Origin: the human T2T-CHM13v2.0 reference genome, Homo sapiens
NCBI RefSeq assembly: GCF_009914755.1
Contig: NC_060937.1
Strand: one strand, 5' to 3'
Length of the DNA stretch: 64,000 nt
Under the pieces are notes generated by a model. It searched no databases. It was not told the origin of the DNA and saw only the letters and a program-made list of their open reading frames with translations. A program made the position numbers and the translations under genes. This document shows, one piece after another, positions 34,509-64,000 of this stretch. Each line of letters begins with the position of its first letter. Position 1 is the first letter of the stretch.

Positions 34509-34801
34509 AATACTTTTATTATTTTTATGTTTAGCTTTTTAATCCACCTTGACTTTAATTTTGTGTGTGGATTATAAAGATTGAATTTTTTTTTCCAAAT
34601 CTAGGATGCATCAGGACTCAATTTACATCTGTCACTTTCTCTCAGTGGGTTTCCTTGACTTCCCCTCCACCTCAAAAGTCTGGGGAGGTGTCTTGCATTT
34701 TGCTCCCCATTTTGCTCCAATCATCACTTTTGTCTTAGAATAGTTTGCTTGAGAGCAAGGGCAGTGTTTTATTTATTGTTACACTACACTTGACCTTGTG
34801 C

Positions 34802-36637
34802 TTTTTTTTTTTTTTTCTCGTATTTTTATTTTACTTTAAGTTCTGGGATACATGTGCAGAATGTGCAGGTTTGTTGCATAGGTATACATATGCCATGGTG
34901 GTTTGGGGCACTAATCAACCCATCATGTAGGTTTTAAGCCCCACATGCATTAGGTATTTGTCCTAATGCTCTCCCTTCCCTTGTCCCCCACCCCCTGACA
35001 GGCCCCACTGTGTGATGTTCCCCTCCCTATGTCCATGCCATGTGTTCTCATTGTTCAATTCCCACTTATGAGTGAGAACAAGCGGTGTTTGGTTTTCTGT
35101 TCCTGTGTTAGCTTGCTGAGAATGATGGCTTCCACCTTCATCCATATCCCTGCAAAGGACATGAACTCATCCTTTTTTATGGCTGCATAGTATTCCATGG
35201 TATATATGTGCCACATTGTCTTAATCCAGTCTGTCACTGATGGGCATTTGGGTTGGTTCCAAGTCTTTGCTACTGTAAACAGTGCTGCAATAAACATATG
35301 TGTGCATGTGTCTTTATAGCAGAATGACATAATCCTTTGGGTATATGCCTAGTAATGAGTCAAATGGTATTTCTCGTTCTAGAGCCTTGAGGAATCGCCA
35401 CACTGTTTTCCACAATGGTTGAACTAATTTACACTCCCACCAACAGTGTAAAAGCGTTCCTATTTCTCCACAGCTGTGCCAGCCTGTTGTTTCCTGACTT
35501 TTTAATAATCACCATTCTAACTGGAGTGAGATGGTATCTCGTTGTGGTTTTGATTTGCATTTCTCTAATGACCAGTGACGTTGAGCTTTTGTTCATATGT
35601 TTATCAGTCACATAAATGTCTTCTTTCCTTTTGAGAAGTGTCTGTTCACATCCTTTGCCCACTTTTTGATGGGGCTGTTTTTTTCTTGTAAATTTGTTTA
35701 TGTTCCTTATAGATTCTGGATATTAGACCTTTGTCAGATGAGTAGATTGCAAAAATTTTCTCCCATTCTGTAGGCTGCTGTTCACTCTGACGATAGTTTC
35801 TTTTGCTGTGCAGAAGCTCTTTAGTTTAATTAGATCCCATTTGCCAATTTTGGCTTTTGTTGCCATTGCTTTTGGTGTTTTAGTCATGAAGTCTTTGCCC
35901 ATGCCTACGTCCTGAATGGTATTGCCTAGGTTTTCCTCTAGGGGTTTTATGATTTGGGGTTTTACATTTAAGTCTTTAATTCATCTTCAGTTAATTTTTT
36001 TATAAGGTGTAAGGAAGGGGCCCAGTTTCTCTTTTCTGCATATGGCTAGCCAGTTTTCCCAGCATCCTTTATTAAATAGGGAATCCTTTCCCCATTGCTT
36101 GTTTTTGTCAGGTTTGTCAAAGATCAGATGGTTGTAGATATGTGGTGTTATTTCTGAGATCTCTGTTCTGTTCCATTGGTCTATATATCTGTTTTGGCAA
36201 CAGTGCCATGCTGTTTTGGTTACTAGCCTTGTAGTACAGTTTGAAGTCAGGTAGTGGATGCCTCCAGCTTTGTTCTTTTTGCTTAGGATTGTCTTGGCTA
36301 TACGGGCTCTTTTTTCTTTCCATATGAAATTTAAAGTAGGTTTTTCTAATTCTGCAAAGAAAGTCAATGGTAGCTTGATGGGAATAGCATAGAATCTATA
36401 AATTACTTTGGGCAGTATGGCCATCTTCAAAATATTGATTCTTCCTATCCAAGGGCATGGAATTTTTTTCCATTTGTTTATGTTCTCTCTTATTTCCTTG
36501 AGCAGTAGTTTGTAGTTCTCCTTGAAGAGGGTCCTTCAGGTCCCTTGTAAGTTGTATTCCTAGGTATTTTCTTCTCTTTGTAGCAACTGTGAATGGGAGT
36601 TCACTCATGATTTGGCTCTCTGCTTGTCTATTATTGG
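34802..36637 (-). mobile_element. 5'-truncated L1PA element (3' ORF2 and 3'UTR)
   Basis: Poly-T at 34802, L1PA 3'UTR, and minus-strand peptides of the ORF2 C-terminus ([38 protein letters not shown]). Confidence 0.92.
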
Positions 36638-36709
36638 ACCTTTTAAAAGGTTTATCTGGATGGTCTTACTAATATGGAATGGTTCTAAATCACTCAAAAC
36701 AAGATGGCA

Positions 36710-37592
<883 letters not shown>

Positions 37593-37875
37593 TGTCTATC
37601 CATTCTTATCTACAGGAAAAATGGCAGCTCTGACCTCTACCTCTGCAAAGGACATCTGGAAGAAAGCCCCTAGCATACAGAGAATGGAAGGGCTTTGAGT
37701 TCACTTGATTTCGGAGGTGGCAGACAGTATCTGCTATCATGCACCATAAGTGGTAAGAGTTGTCTGCTGGTTTACTACTGAACTGCCCTTCTTCCTCACT
37801 CCAACACCATCAGGGCACAATGATAGATTTTGGCTCTCCTCATATCATTCCATAAAGATAAAGAGTCCCACTCCA

Positions 37876-39243
<1,368 letters not shown>

Positions 39244-39293
39244 GAACCCTGCTCTTAATATGTTACATGAACATGGCTTTAAAAGTCAAAAGC

Positions 39294-40865
<1,572 letters not shown>

Positions 40866-41204
40866 ATAATTCTAGGGTGAACAAAATTTTCACTCAAAAT
40901 ATTGAATGTATCACTCTATTTTTAAAAGTTTCTAATAAAGCTATTGAGAAGTGCAATGTAACTCATAGTCCGAAGACTTTGTAGGAGACCGTTTTTCTTC
41001 TGGAAGGCTCTAGGATGTTCTTTGTCATCTGTATCCAGAATTTTCATAATCATCATAATCATGTATCTTAATGAGGGTCTTCAGTTCTGGGAAATTTCTA
41101 ATATTCTTTAAAGCTTTCCTTCCCTCTTCATTTTTTGTTCTGTTTTTCTGGAATCTTATTTGTTGAATATTGAGCCTCCTGGATTTATCTGCTAGTTTTC
41201 CAAT

Positions 41205-46862
<5,658 letters not shown>

Positions 46863-47710
46863 CTAAATCTTGTCTGTCAATTTTTATGCTTTCTATATTT
46901 CCTCAATTTTATAATCAAACCAAAGTTTCAAAATTAGAAAAGGTGTTAATTCTAAGCAGTGGGATTGGACTAGTTTTCATAATTAGAAAAAAAGTACATA
47001 GTATTTTAAAAATTAAGCAGAAGGAAAAAAGAAAAAGACAGACCACCTCAAGAATAATGCAGTACTTCAAATTTCCTATATTTGTTAGTTACAGAAGCAT
47101 CAAGCTAGAAGGTAAACAGACATAAAGAAGGGAAACAGTGAGAAAGAGGCTTTAGAATAAGTGGAACATGTGGAATAAATGGAAATAAAAATGTTTATCA
47201 CAGTTAGTTTCAAACAGGGTAAATAGGAAAAGTTTATATAACTCAGAGATCCAAACTAGACACAAAAATATTAAAGACTATCAAAAAATGATAAGCATAC
47301 AGAAGCTTCCTTCCAGTTGCAAAGTGTTGAAGATACACCTATTATCAAGGGGTAGTCACAGACAAACTTCAAGCCTTTTCTGTTTCCCAACTATTTCCTT
47401 TAAAAAAAAAAATTATAGGTTCCAGGTCATGTTAGGAGTTTCCTTCAACTCATTTTTTTCTAATCCCTATTGTAATTCAGATGATAAAAATATAATTGAA
47501 ATATACATTATACACCAGAAACTATTAGTATCTTCTTTAAATTTCCTTCTCATCAATTTTTCAATACATGTTTAAGTTCAGTTCCCCAATTTCCGGCAAT
47601 GATAATATTTTCTCTTTCCACCAGGATTTCTGGGGTCCATAAAAACCGGTGGGGTGTATCTGTAGCCAAAAATGAAGCAGAAGTTTGTATTGGATGTAAT
47701 AACGTATTAT

Positions 47711-48316
47711 TGACAGAGGCAGACAAATGCCTAGGCAGATGGGGTGGGTCCCCAGTAAAACCCCACCTCCAAGATGAAGACAGTTTAAAGCCTGAAAGCC
47801 AAGCTACAAGTTAAATCCTTGGACCAGATTGAGAACTTGTCTTCCTGTTTGCACACTTTCCTCTGATTGTTGTCCACCCTTTACCTATTTTACATATACT
47901 TACCCTTTCCTACTTGTTTTTTCTACACTGTTGTGCCCACCTTTGAGTGGTGCCTTCACCTTTACCTTTTTTGCATACTCACAAACCAACAGCACACACT
48001 CCCCATTCTGAGTCCATAAAGGGCCCCAGACCCAACCACATGGGGTAACCATCCCCTAAACCTGCATCCCGTCTCTGCTGAAAGCAGTTTTCATCACTCA
48101 TTAACATTCTTCCCCACCCTCTTCACCCTCCAATGTCCCTCATATCCTCATTCTTCTTGGACGCAGTAGAAGAACTTGGGAACCGCCGAACGTGGGTACG
48201 AGCTATAACACAGCCAAGCTGGGGCACACCAGCGTGGCCGAGCAAGGCCCAGGAGGGGTGTTGCCAGCTGAGGGTCCCCGGCTTGCAAAGTGACCAAGAG
48301 GAGAAATCCTGCATCA
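47711..48316 (+). mobile_element. ERV1-class solo LTR (LTR29/MER50-group-like)
   Basis: TG...CA termini with 4-bp TSD ttat at 47707-47710 and 48317-48320. Subfamily from recall only. Confidence 0.75.
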
Positions 48317-48582
48317 TTATCTCCTTATCTGAAAAACCCCATCTTCTGATCACCAACCAGCCTGATAGTCAGAATCAAGAACAGCTGTTCAAGAAAAGCT
48401 GTTACACTGTTCTAAAATGTTCACTGACTGCTTTCTGTCTTAGCTCCCCATAGAGAAGTTCAGATCCCAAATGACAGGTGACAGAGATTCCGGTTTTAGG
48501 TGAGACAGACAAACACTGGACTAATGCACAGAGTAGGTTCCACATCAATACTTCCTGATGGCTGTGAAATGCATTTACTTAC

Positions 48583-48726
48583 CCAATTCTCTTCTATTAT
48601 TCCAATGTTATATTTATCATCCTCGCCTGGCTCAATTTGTTGCTTTTGCTCAGCATAAAATTCCTGGAGAGCTGCTAAGGCATGGGCAGAAAGCTGGGGT
48701 GTCTCATCATCTTCCAAATCACTCAT
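48583..48726 (-). CDS. EEF1AKMT1: EEF1A lysine methyltransferase 1, first coding exon (exon extends to 48745)
   Basis: ATG at 48726-48724; [48 protein letters not shown], then donor GTAAGT. Acceptor tttcttgatctgcag at 48746-48747. 144 coding nt. Confidence 0.96.
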
Positions 48727-48861
48727 TTCACAAGTTGTTTATAACCTGCAGATCAAGAAATAAATGTACTGTGCAGATTTTGTTTCCCCTTCCCAGCCAG
48801 TAATAATTTTTAAAAATTTTTATTTAACAGCAAGGATCCAAACTGAAGTGAGTTTTATACA

Positions 48862-49590
48862 AGTAAACCAAAAATAAAATTCTAAGCCCCCCCGCCAACT
48901 GAATAAATCCCTCTTCTGTGGCCAAGTAAACCTGAAAAACCAGGCCACGATGGGAAGGACATGTCTCATTATACTCTCCTTCCTTTGTAATTCAGACACA
49001 ACTGACCAGTATAAACATTAAAACAGAGATCTTAAGAGTGACAAAACAGACTCTTTGTAGCAATAAGATATCAAATTCCAATCTGACTCTAGTATAGTAC
49101 ACACAACAGGTAACAGGCCCCGAAAGAAGTTGAAGTATTTTATCCCCAAATATATTTTTTGACATATTTTGAAATGGCCCTGCAAAGCTGTCTCCTGTGG
49201 AGAAAATCTACAAACTGCAGATAATCCCCTTCCCTTTCCAGGTCTTCTCCTGACCCAGGAGAAATTAATTAAGAGTCTGGCACCTTTTTCGGTCTGATAG
49301 AGGCATTTTAGCATCTATTCTCTCTGAAGCCTGCTGCCTGCAGGTTTCATCTACATAATAATAAGAACCTTGGTCTCCAGAACCCCTTATCTTAATCCAG
49401 ACACTCCTTTCCATTGATTCCAAGATAATAACTTAACTCTTTCAACCAACTGCCAATCAAAACAATTTTTGAATCTACCTATGACCAGGAAGCCCTCCAC
49501 TTCCAGTTGTCCTGCCTTTCTGGACCAAACCAATATATGCCTTACATGTACTGATTGATGTCTTATGTCTCCTTAAAATATATAAAGCCA
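48862..49590 (+). mobile_element. MER4-group ERV1 LTR (3' end truncated)
   Basis: Starts gtaaaccaaaaataaaattctaagcccccc; contains tttgaaatggccctgcaaagctgtctc, typical of MER4 LTRs. Confidence 0.7.
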
Positions 49591-49715
49591 ATTTCTTCTG
49601 AATAATTTTATTTATATACATACAATAAACAAATTATGGCATATAAATCAAGTATCAGTATTTTGGCTAGCTTATATATCCTCAGTATGAAAAACAGATG
49701 GTCGACATAAGAGTA

Positions 49716-51830
<2,115 letters not shown>

Positions 51831-54389
51831 GTTTTAAAATTTAAAAATATACATACTCTAAAAAATTAAAAAGAATACACAGATAAAACATCAAAATAAT
51901 GGACACACTTAATGCTGATGAGAAGGTAGTGATATTGGTATACTCTCTAATTTAGATAACAATTTAAATTGGCATAATCTTTTGGAAAAGAATCTGATAA
52001 TTTGGACATAAATATTTCTATTTTTCTACACCAATTCTCATTCCTAAGCTTTCTACTCTGAAATAATCACAGATTCACAGGAATGTGCAAAAATAATGAA
52101 GGTCCATCCCATGTATCCTTCCACCTATTTTTCCACAATGGTAGTAACTTATATAACTACAGTGCATTGTCAAACCAGGAAATGAACAGTACAATCCACA
52201 GAGCTCGTGCAGTTCACCAGTTTTACACACATTTATTTGCAGGCGTATGCACATGTGTATAGTTTTATATAATGATATCACGTGTAGATTCATGAAAACA
52301 CTTCCATGGATAAGAGACAGAATATTCCAGCACCAAAGAGATGAGTTGTACTACCTTTTTAAAGTCATTCCCATCCTCTCCCACCTCAATCTCCATTCTT
52401 AACCCCTGGAAAGCATTTGTTCTCCGTTTCAATAATTTTGTCACTTTAGATAAATGGAATCATACATTATATAACTTGAGATTGTCATTTTCACTCAGCA
52501 TGGTTTAAAATTTACCCAGGTTGTTCTGTGTATCAATAGTTTATTCCTTTTTATTGCTGAGTAGTAATCCATAGTATGGCCACACTTAACCATTCACCCA
52601 CTAAAACATTTGGGTTGTTTCCAATTTTAAGGTATTACAAATAGAGCTGTTGTGAACATTCCTGTAAAATGTATAGGAATTTTCATTTTCATTTCTCTGG
52701 ATAAATGCTCAAGAGTATGATGTTGGATTTTATGGTTAGAGTGTGTTTATTTTGAGGACATCAAAAAATTTATTTCATGATGATACATTATAAGAGGGTT
52801 TCATCAAATGAAAACTGAATCCCTGTACTATGAGGTTTACTGTGGCCAGAGAAGTCAGGATTCTCTTTGCAGTCATGTAGTTGTTTTTGAAATGCCTATT
52901 GAAGTGAAATGTGCAAATTTTAAAACATTTGTATTGAGATCTAATTCATATACCATACAATTCATCTATTTAAAGTGTATAATTCAGGTGGAATGTGGGA
53001 GGCTGAGACAGGAGGATCACTTGAGCCTAGGAGCAGCCTGGGCAATACAGTGAGACCTTGTCTCTACAAAAATGTTTTTAAAAATTAGCTGAGTGTGATG
53101 GCATGTGCCTGTAGACCCAGCTACATGGGAGGCTGTGGTGGGAGGATCACTTGAGTCTGGAGGCATAGGATGCAGTGAGCCAAGATCATACCACTGTATT
53201 TCAGCCTGGGTAACAGAACGAGAACCTTTATTTTTCGGGGTCTTCCAATCCATAAAACATGGCACATCTCTCCATTTATTTAGTTCATCTTTGATTTATT
53301 TCATCAGTCTTTTTTTTTTTTTTTTTAATTTGAGGCAGAGTCTTGCTCTGTTGCCCAGGCTGGAGTGCAGTGGTGCATTCTTGGCTCACTGCAACCTCCA
53401 CCTCCTGGGTTCAAGCGATTCTCCCTGCTTCAGCAGCATCCCCAGTAGCTGGGATTACAGGCACCTGCCACCACGCCTAGCTAAATTTTTTTGCATTTTT
53501 AGTAGAGATGGGGTTTCACATGTTGGCCAGGCTAGTTTCGAACTCCTAACCTCAAGTGATCCGCCCACCTCGGCCTCCCAAAGTGCTGGGATTACAGGCA
53601 TGAACCATCGTGCCTGGCCAGGACTTCTAGTGAGCTGAATAGGAGTGATAAGAGCAGATATCCTACACTTGTCCCAGATTTTAAGTGGGAAAGCATTCAA
53701 TCTTTCACCATTAAATATGATGCAGCCACAACCTTCTGGGCTCAAGTGATCTTTCCACCTCAGCCTCCCAAGCAGCTGGGACTACAGGCATGCGCCACCA
53801 TGCCCGGCTAACATTTTTATTTTTTGTAGAGATGGGGTCCCACTCTGGTGCCCAGGCTGGTCTCAAACTCCTGAGCTCAAGTGTTCCTCCTGCCTCAGCC
53901 TCCGAAAGTGCTGGGATTACAGGTGTGAGTCACTACACCCAGGGTGTAGATGTTCTATGTTAAGATGAGGACATTCCCTTTATTAGTAGTTTGCCAAGTT
54001 TCATCATGAATGGGTGTTGAATTTTCAAATAACTTTTTGATATCAACTTATACGATCATGTGATTTTTCTTTAACCTCATGATATAAATTAAACTGATTA
54101 TCTATTAAACCAGTCTCACATTCCTGGAATAGGTTCCACTTAACTGATTCTTCTTATGTATTGCTAAATCATATTTACTAATATTTTGCTGAGGATTTCG
54201 TCACCTATCTTCATGAGGTATATTTGTCTATTGTTTTCGGTCTTTGTATTGTCTTTGGTTTTGGTAACAAGGTAATATTGGTCTCATCAAATAAACTAGA
54301 AATGTCTCCTCTTCTATTTTCTGGAAAAGACTGTGTACAATCAGTGCTAACGCAATAAACATTTGGTAATTTTTTTCAGTAAAATCATG

Positions 54390-54833
<444 letters not shown>

Positions 54834-56010
54834 TAGGTCTCCCAAACTGCTGAGATTACAGGCATGAGCCACCATGCCTGGCCTGAAAATTTCTTGTATG
54901 AGAGGCCTTTAACTGCAAATTCAATTTAATACTTACACGGCTATTCACATTATCAGTTTCATATGGGGTGAGTTCTCGTAGTTTGTAGTTTCAACGAATT
55001 GGTCTGCTTCATCTAAGTTGTTAAAATTTATCTGGATAGAGATGTTTATAGCAGTCCTCAATTATTTCTAATGTCTTTAGGATCTGTACTGATATCCCCC
55101 ATTTCATTCCTAATGTCAGTAATTTCTGTTTTCTCTTTTTTCTTACTAAAGGTTCATCAATTTTATTGATCTCTTTTAAAAAATAAGTTTTTGCATCATT
55201 GACTTTATTTTCAATTTCATTGATTTCTGCCTTTCATTTCCTTCCTTCTACTTGCTTTGCATTTGTTTTAAACTACCTTTTTGTTCTGGGAGTTTAGAAC
55301 ACTGTTTTGAGACCTTTCTTCTAATTTAAGTGTTTAGTGCTTTAAATTCCCTTTTAGCAACATCCCAGCAAATTTTTGTCCTTTTTCACCCATTTTCATT
55401 CAGTTCAGTGTACTTTTAAATTTTTCTCTGGCCCATATATTTAGAAGGACACTGTTTAATTTCCAAGTGTTTGGAGATTTTCCTATTAGGTTTTCTAGCA
55501 TGTATAATTTCAACACTTTTTAAAAATGCTGAAGTTTGTGTAATAGCTATGGATATGGTCTATGTTGGTGAAATATTCCATGAATACTTGAAAACAATGT
55601 GTATTTTGATGTTGTTGGGTGAAGGTTATATAAATGTGAATAGATCCTTTTGGTTAATGGTGTTATTAAGTCCCCTGTATCCTTGCTGGTTTCCCATCTA
55701 GTAGTTCTATCGATTGCTGAGAGGGAATGGAAGTACCCAGCTGTAATTGTGGATTTGTCTGTTTCCTTTCAGTTCTATCAGTTTTTATTTCATGCTTCAT
55801 GTAATTTAAATTGTTCTCGTTTGGTGCGTACATACTTAGAACTGTTGTTTGTTCTTGATGAATTCACTCTTTTTATCATTATGTAATTCTGTTGTTGTTC
55901 CTAGTGACTTCTTTACTCTTATAAGTCTACTTTACCTGCTATCAATAAAAGTGCTCATGCTTTTAAAAAAAAGCTTCTATGGCATATATTTTCCCCTTCC
56001 TTTCACTTTC

Positions 56011-56011
<1 letters not shown>

Positions 56012-56055
<44 letters not shown>
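56012..56055. repeat. (AC)n microsatellite
   Basis: About 22 uninterrupted AC units. Confidence 0.97.
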
Positions 56056-56058
<3 letters not shown>

Positions 56059-56116
56059 AATTTTGAAGTGAGTTTCTTGTGGGCAGCATATAGTTTTCGT
56101 CTAAAAAAAAAATCCT

Positions 56117-58474
<2,358 letters not shown>

Positions 58475-59747
58475 GATATTTCCAGCTGGTGTCATTTTCC
58501 TTCTGCTTGAATGACTTCGTTGAACATTCCTTGTAGTATAATTCTGCTGGTGATGCATTCTCTCAGCTTTTGTTTCTGATAATGTCTGTTTAACTGTGGG
58601 TATAGAATTTGAGGTTGACAAGTTTTCTTTTGGTATTTTAAAGATAGTCCTCCACTGTCTGTTCACTGCATTGTTTCCACACATAAAATCTGCTGTAATT
58701 CTTATTTTTCTTCATGTCTTTCTTTTCTAATGGTTTTTAAGGTTTTTCTCTTTATTACTGGTTTTGGGTATTTGATTATGATGTGCCTTGGTGTGGTTTT
58801 TTACACGTTTCTTGTATTTTGTGTTTATTGAGCTTCTTAAATTTGGAAAAACTCTGACCATTATTTCCCAAGTAATCTTCTGCTGCCCTTCCCTTTCAGG
58901 GACTCCAATTATACATATATTTAGTAGCTTCATATTGTACCACAACTCTCTGATGCTTTCTTCATTTTAAACTTCTTTCTCTTTGTATTTCATTTGTGAT
59001 AGCTTCTATTTCTAGTGTTCAAGTTTACTAATCTTCTATTCTTCTATGTCTAATCTATTAATCCCATACAGTGTAATTTTCACCACAGACATTTCATCTC
59101 AGACCTATCTCCAAAAGTTACATGAGTCTTTATTTGCATATTTCCAGTTCACATATTCAATTTTCCTCTAGCTTTTTGAAAGTACAGGATATAAATTTAT
59201 TTTAGCATCCTTGTCCACTACTTCTAACATATATCTATTCTGGGTCAGTTTCAGTGGACTGATTTTCCCATTATGGATTGTATTTTCTTGCTTTTTCACA
59301 TGTCTGATAGTTTTTTTATGGAATGCCAGACATTGTGGATTTTAACTTGTATCTGTATATTTCTGTATTCCTATGTAAGTATTCCTGAAACACAGGTTAA
59401 TTACTTGGAAACAATTTGATCTTTTCAGGTCTCATTTTTAAGACTGTTAGATAAGAGCAGAGCAGCACTTAGTCTAGACTGATTACACCCCACTACGGAG
59501 GCAAAACCCTTTGAAGTACTCTATCCAATGCCCCATAAATTATGAGGTTTTCCAGTCCAGCTGGTAGAAAGACACTATTCTTGGTCTTGAATGAGTCAGG
59601 TATTGTTCCTTCAAATCTTTTCAGATGTTTATTTCCCTATCTTCCAGTAGTTTCTCAAGGAGGTCCCTCTGCAGATACCTGGAGTTCTTTCTCTATTCTC
59701 TCTGGTACTCAGCCTTCCACTCTAGCCATCTTGGCCTACCCAGATTC

Positions 59748-59833
59748 TCAGCTATTGTTAGGGTATTTTATGTGTGGCCCAAGACAATTCTTCTTCCAAT
59801 GTGGCCCAGGGAAGCCAAAAGATTGGACACCTC
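59748..59833. mobile_element. MER30 fragment
   Basis: tattttatgtgtggcccaagacaattcttcttccaatgtggcccagggaagccaaaagattggacacc. Confidence 0.8.
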
Positions 59834-59989
59834 AATCTTTTGAAGGGTCTACTGGAAGGCTTAGATGGTAAATAGTGTTTAATTTCAGCGAATTTCAGCT
59901 CTCTGATCAGCAGCAGCTACCCATTCTCACCCTCCAGCCCCCTGACAAGCAGCTATGCATGCATTCTTGTTTTAAATCTTAATTTATAA

Positions 59990-60420
59990 AGGTGACAGAG
60001 AGGACATGGAGAGATCAATGCCATTGAAAAGAAAGTTTAATGTTACAATTCTCCCCAGAAATGAGGGTCATGGCATGCCACAGGGGGCCACATGAAACTC
60101 TGTCACAAGCAGAGACCACAAAGCAGAGAGAGGACCTGAGACTATGCCTTTATTGCTAAGTCAGTGGGATGGATCTAGGTGGGGATGTCCCCTGTTGGGC
60201 ATAAAGCAAAAATAGACATTCTATGGTTGTCACTGGGAAGTCTGTGATATGAGTTTTGTGCACCCACGAGAGAGGGCTTAAAAGGATGATGTAAACAACT
60301 TTAGCCTTTAGTTTGTCCCTGTACTTAATATATGTCAAATAGGCAAACACAAAATCTAAGTAAACACAGAATAGTTCCAGGAGCAGCTTGGCTATGCACA
60401 CATTCAGGAAACACCTTGCA
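59990..60420. mobile_element. Possible old ERVL-type LTR relic
   Basis: ggcatgccacagggggccacatg and gcctttattg motifs resemble the MER76/MER21-type LTR group. Weak recall-based call. Confidence 0.3.
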
Positions 60421-60559
60421 TAAAACTTACAGGAACCACCTGTCTTTCAAACATTGGAATAATCTGTTCTGACTCCCTTTGCTGCTTCTGATAAGAAAGC
60501 CAAAGATGCAGGTGGCAGCCATTGTTGCAAGCCCCTCTCCCTCTGGCTAAAGTGACCTC

Positions 60560-61500
60560 CAGCAGATTTAAAGGGCCAGCACCTTTCCCCCATGCTTCTA
60601 CTTTTCTTTTATCCCTTCGGGAAGCCAGATATCTAAGGACTGAGACATTCAAACACAACTGCATATACAGGGGAATTTAGAAAGCCATTACACATTCCCA
60701 GGGAAAGGCATGGGCTCAGAAAATACCTGAGAAGATCTTAAGTTTACAACTCGTGCTGATCCCCAGCAAAAGACAGCCTACAAAATCAAAAAAACATAAC
60801 AAAAACCCAGCAAAATCTGGTGAAGGGAGAACAATATGGCTTCCAGAGTTATCACATTATTACTCAAATGACTTATTTTTCAACATAAAAATTACAAGGC
60901 ACACAAAGAAACAGGAAAGTACAGCCCATTCAAAGGAAAAAAAAAATAAAAGAGAAACCATCCCTGAGAAAGACTAGATGGTGGGCCTCATAGACAAAGA
61001 CTTTAAAATAACTATCTTAAAGATTCTCAGATAACTAAAGAAAGGTGTAGAGAAAGTGAGGAAAATGACATATGAACAAAATGGAAATATAAATAGAGAG
61101 ACAGAAAACATAAAAGGAGACTAAGTAGAAATTCTGGAGCTGAAAAATACAATAATGAAATGAAAAACTAACTAGAGGAATTAAAAGCAGTTTTGAGCAG
61201 GCAGAAGAGAATCAGCAAGCATGAATATAGGAAAATGAAATAAATACATACAATGGAATATGATTCCCTTGGAAAAGAAGGAAATTCTGATATATGCTAC
61301 AATGTGGATAAACCTTCAGGACATTATGCTACGTGAAATAAGCCAGTCATTTAAAAAAATACTGCATAACTCCATTTATATGAAGTATCTAGAGTAGTCA
61401 AAATCAGAGAGGCAGAAAGTAGAATTGTGGTTGCTAGGGGCTGGGGGGAGGGGAGAATAGGGTTTAATGGGTGTACTGTTCAGTTTTATAAGATGAAAAG
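60560..61500 (+). mobile_element. L1M 5'/ORF1 fragment joined to an L1MB 3' end
   Basis: attacaaggcacacaaagaaacaggaaa, gacaaagactttaaaataactat, gaaattctggagctgaaaaatacaataa, then a 3'UTR from about 61240. Confidence 0.65.
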
Positions 61501-61920
61501 TGATGGATTATCTACTTTTAAGGTTTTTATACTTAGAACTAAAAATAATTTCAGTCAACACGGGGTTGTCTATAGAAGTCCCACCAAAGAATGGTACAAA
61601 TGCTTGAAATGAATAGTTCTAGTTTACTGCAATAAGCATAAGCACAAAAACACATTTTCAGGAAAGCATACCAGAACCCAACAGGCCGGAAAATTTCCAA
61701 GTAAAAATTCCAAAGATTAGCTTGTGTGCATGCTGAACTGAGAAAACATGGCAAAATGATCTGCAAACAACTAAAAGGTTTCAATTTGGTATTTCAGAAC
61801 TGTGAGTTCTTTTCATTCAGGAGAAAAATCAGGCAACTAGTAAAAGCCAATATTGCCTGGCAAAATCGAAGAGTACAAGTTCCTTAAAAAAGGCTGCACC
61901 ACAATACTGCCTAGAACTGA

Positions 61921-63167
<1,247 letters not shown>

Positions 63168-63480
63168 TTAAATTAAATGAACCTATTTTTAACTATTTTT
63201 TAAATCACTATTTTATCATATCTTTATTGTTTTTAAAATTTCTAAGGGGGTTTATGAGATTTTTCAAATCCAAAAGAGCTGGGAAGTACTGTGTTATATT
63301 ATTATTATTTTTAAATTTTTTCTGGCTACTCTGGGCACACTGTCTATGGCTGGCCCTGCCCCACAAGTGGCAGTAAAAAAAATTTTTTTCTTTAGATTTT
63401 AAAACTTGTACCTATGGATTATATTGAAATTATATTATTATTAAGCTGACCTTGGACCTTATGTGGCTCAGACTCTAAAT

Positions 63481-63680
63481 CAGCAGTTCTCACAGAATGA
63501 GGAGCCCTTTTGTCGCTAAGGGGAACATCTGGCAATGCCTAGAGACATTTTTGGTTGCCGTAAATGGGAAGGAGGGTGCTACTGGCATCAGGTGGGTAGA
63601 GGCTGCTGAACTTAAAATTCACAGGACAGCCCTCCACATTAAAGAAGTATCCCGCCCTACAAGCTGCAGTTGAGAAATTC
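63481..63680. mobile_element. MER20 (hAT-Charlie) DNA transposon
   Basis: cagcagttctca...ggcaatgcctagagacatttttggttg...gctactggcatcaggtgggtagagg...gttgagaaattct. Confidence 0.8.
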
Positions 63681-64000
63681 TAGGTTAGGCAGACACATGG
63701 CGAACACCAACGGTAAGGTGGAGGCCCTCTATAGAGAAGCACCATTCACGCCATGGGATCAGAGTGGAGGGCCTGAGTGGGGAGAGGAGTGAAAGAGCAG
63801 GTGGAGCTTCAACTCGGCCTCAGGAAAAGGTAAGGATGAAGAGTGAAGACTTCAGAAAGATGGAACAGCATGAGCAAAGGGGCGGACACGTTAGCTTGCA
63901 GCATAAGCAGGGATTAGCTGGCTTCTCAGGGGCTGTGGTTAGTCTCTTTTTGGATAAAATTACTCAATTTCCATGTTATCAAATTTACTTAGGGCAAAAC

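Overview
Primate, most likely human, genomic DNA that I recognise as the IL17D / EEF1AKMT1 (N6AMT2) locus at human 13q12.11. The window holds the 3' part of the IL17D intron and its last coding exon plus 3'UTR (+ strand). Converging tail-to-tail with it about 5.8 kb away are all four coding exons of EEF1AKMT1 (- strand; 144+83+281+137 = 645 nt = 214 aa + stop, all GT-AG). Its non-coding first exon and promoter are not visible and probably lie beyond base 64000. The introns carry a processed RAN pseudogene interrupted by an Alu, about 40 Alus, several L1s, ERV solo LTRs with intact 4-bp target-site duplications (two of the LTR12/ERV9 family), MaLR LTRs, MER DNA-transposon relics and a 1.2-kb CA-rich minisatellite. 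I found no evidence for a novel multi-gene system. Almost all ORFs in the track are repeat or composition artefacts. The best leads are regulatory or structural: a sense-oriented LTR12 1.1 kb upstream of an EEF1AKMT1 exon, an E-box-rich VNTR, a strong bipartite CTCF site, a perfect 45-bp duplication near a splice acceptor, and closely spaced inverted Alus. Repeat subfamily names come from recall of consensus sequences, and repeat boundaries without a stated TSD are approximate.
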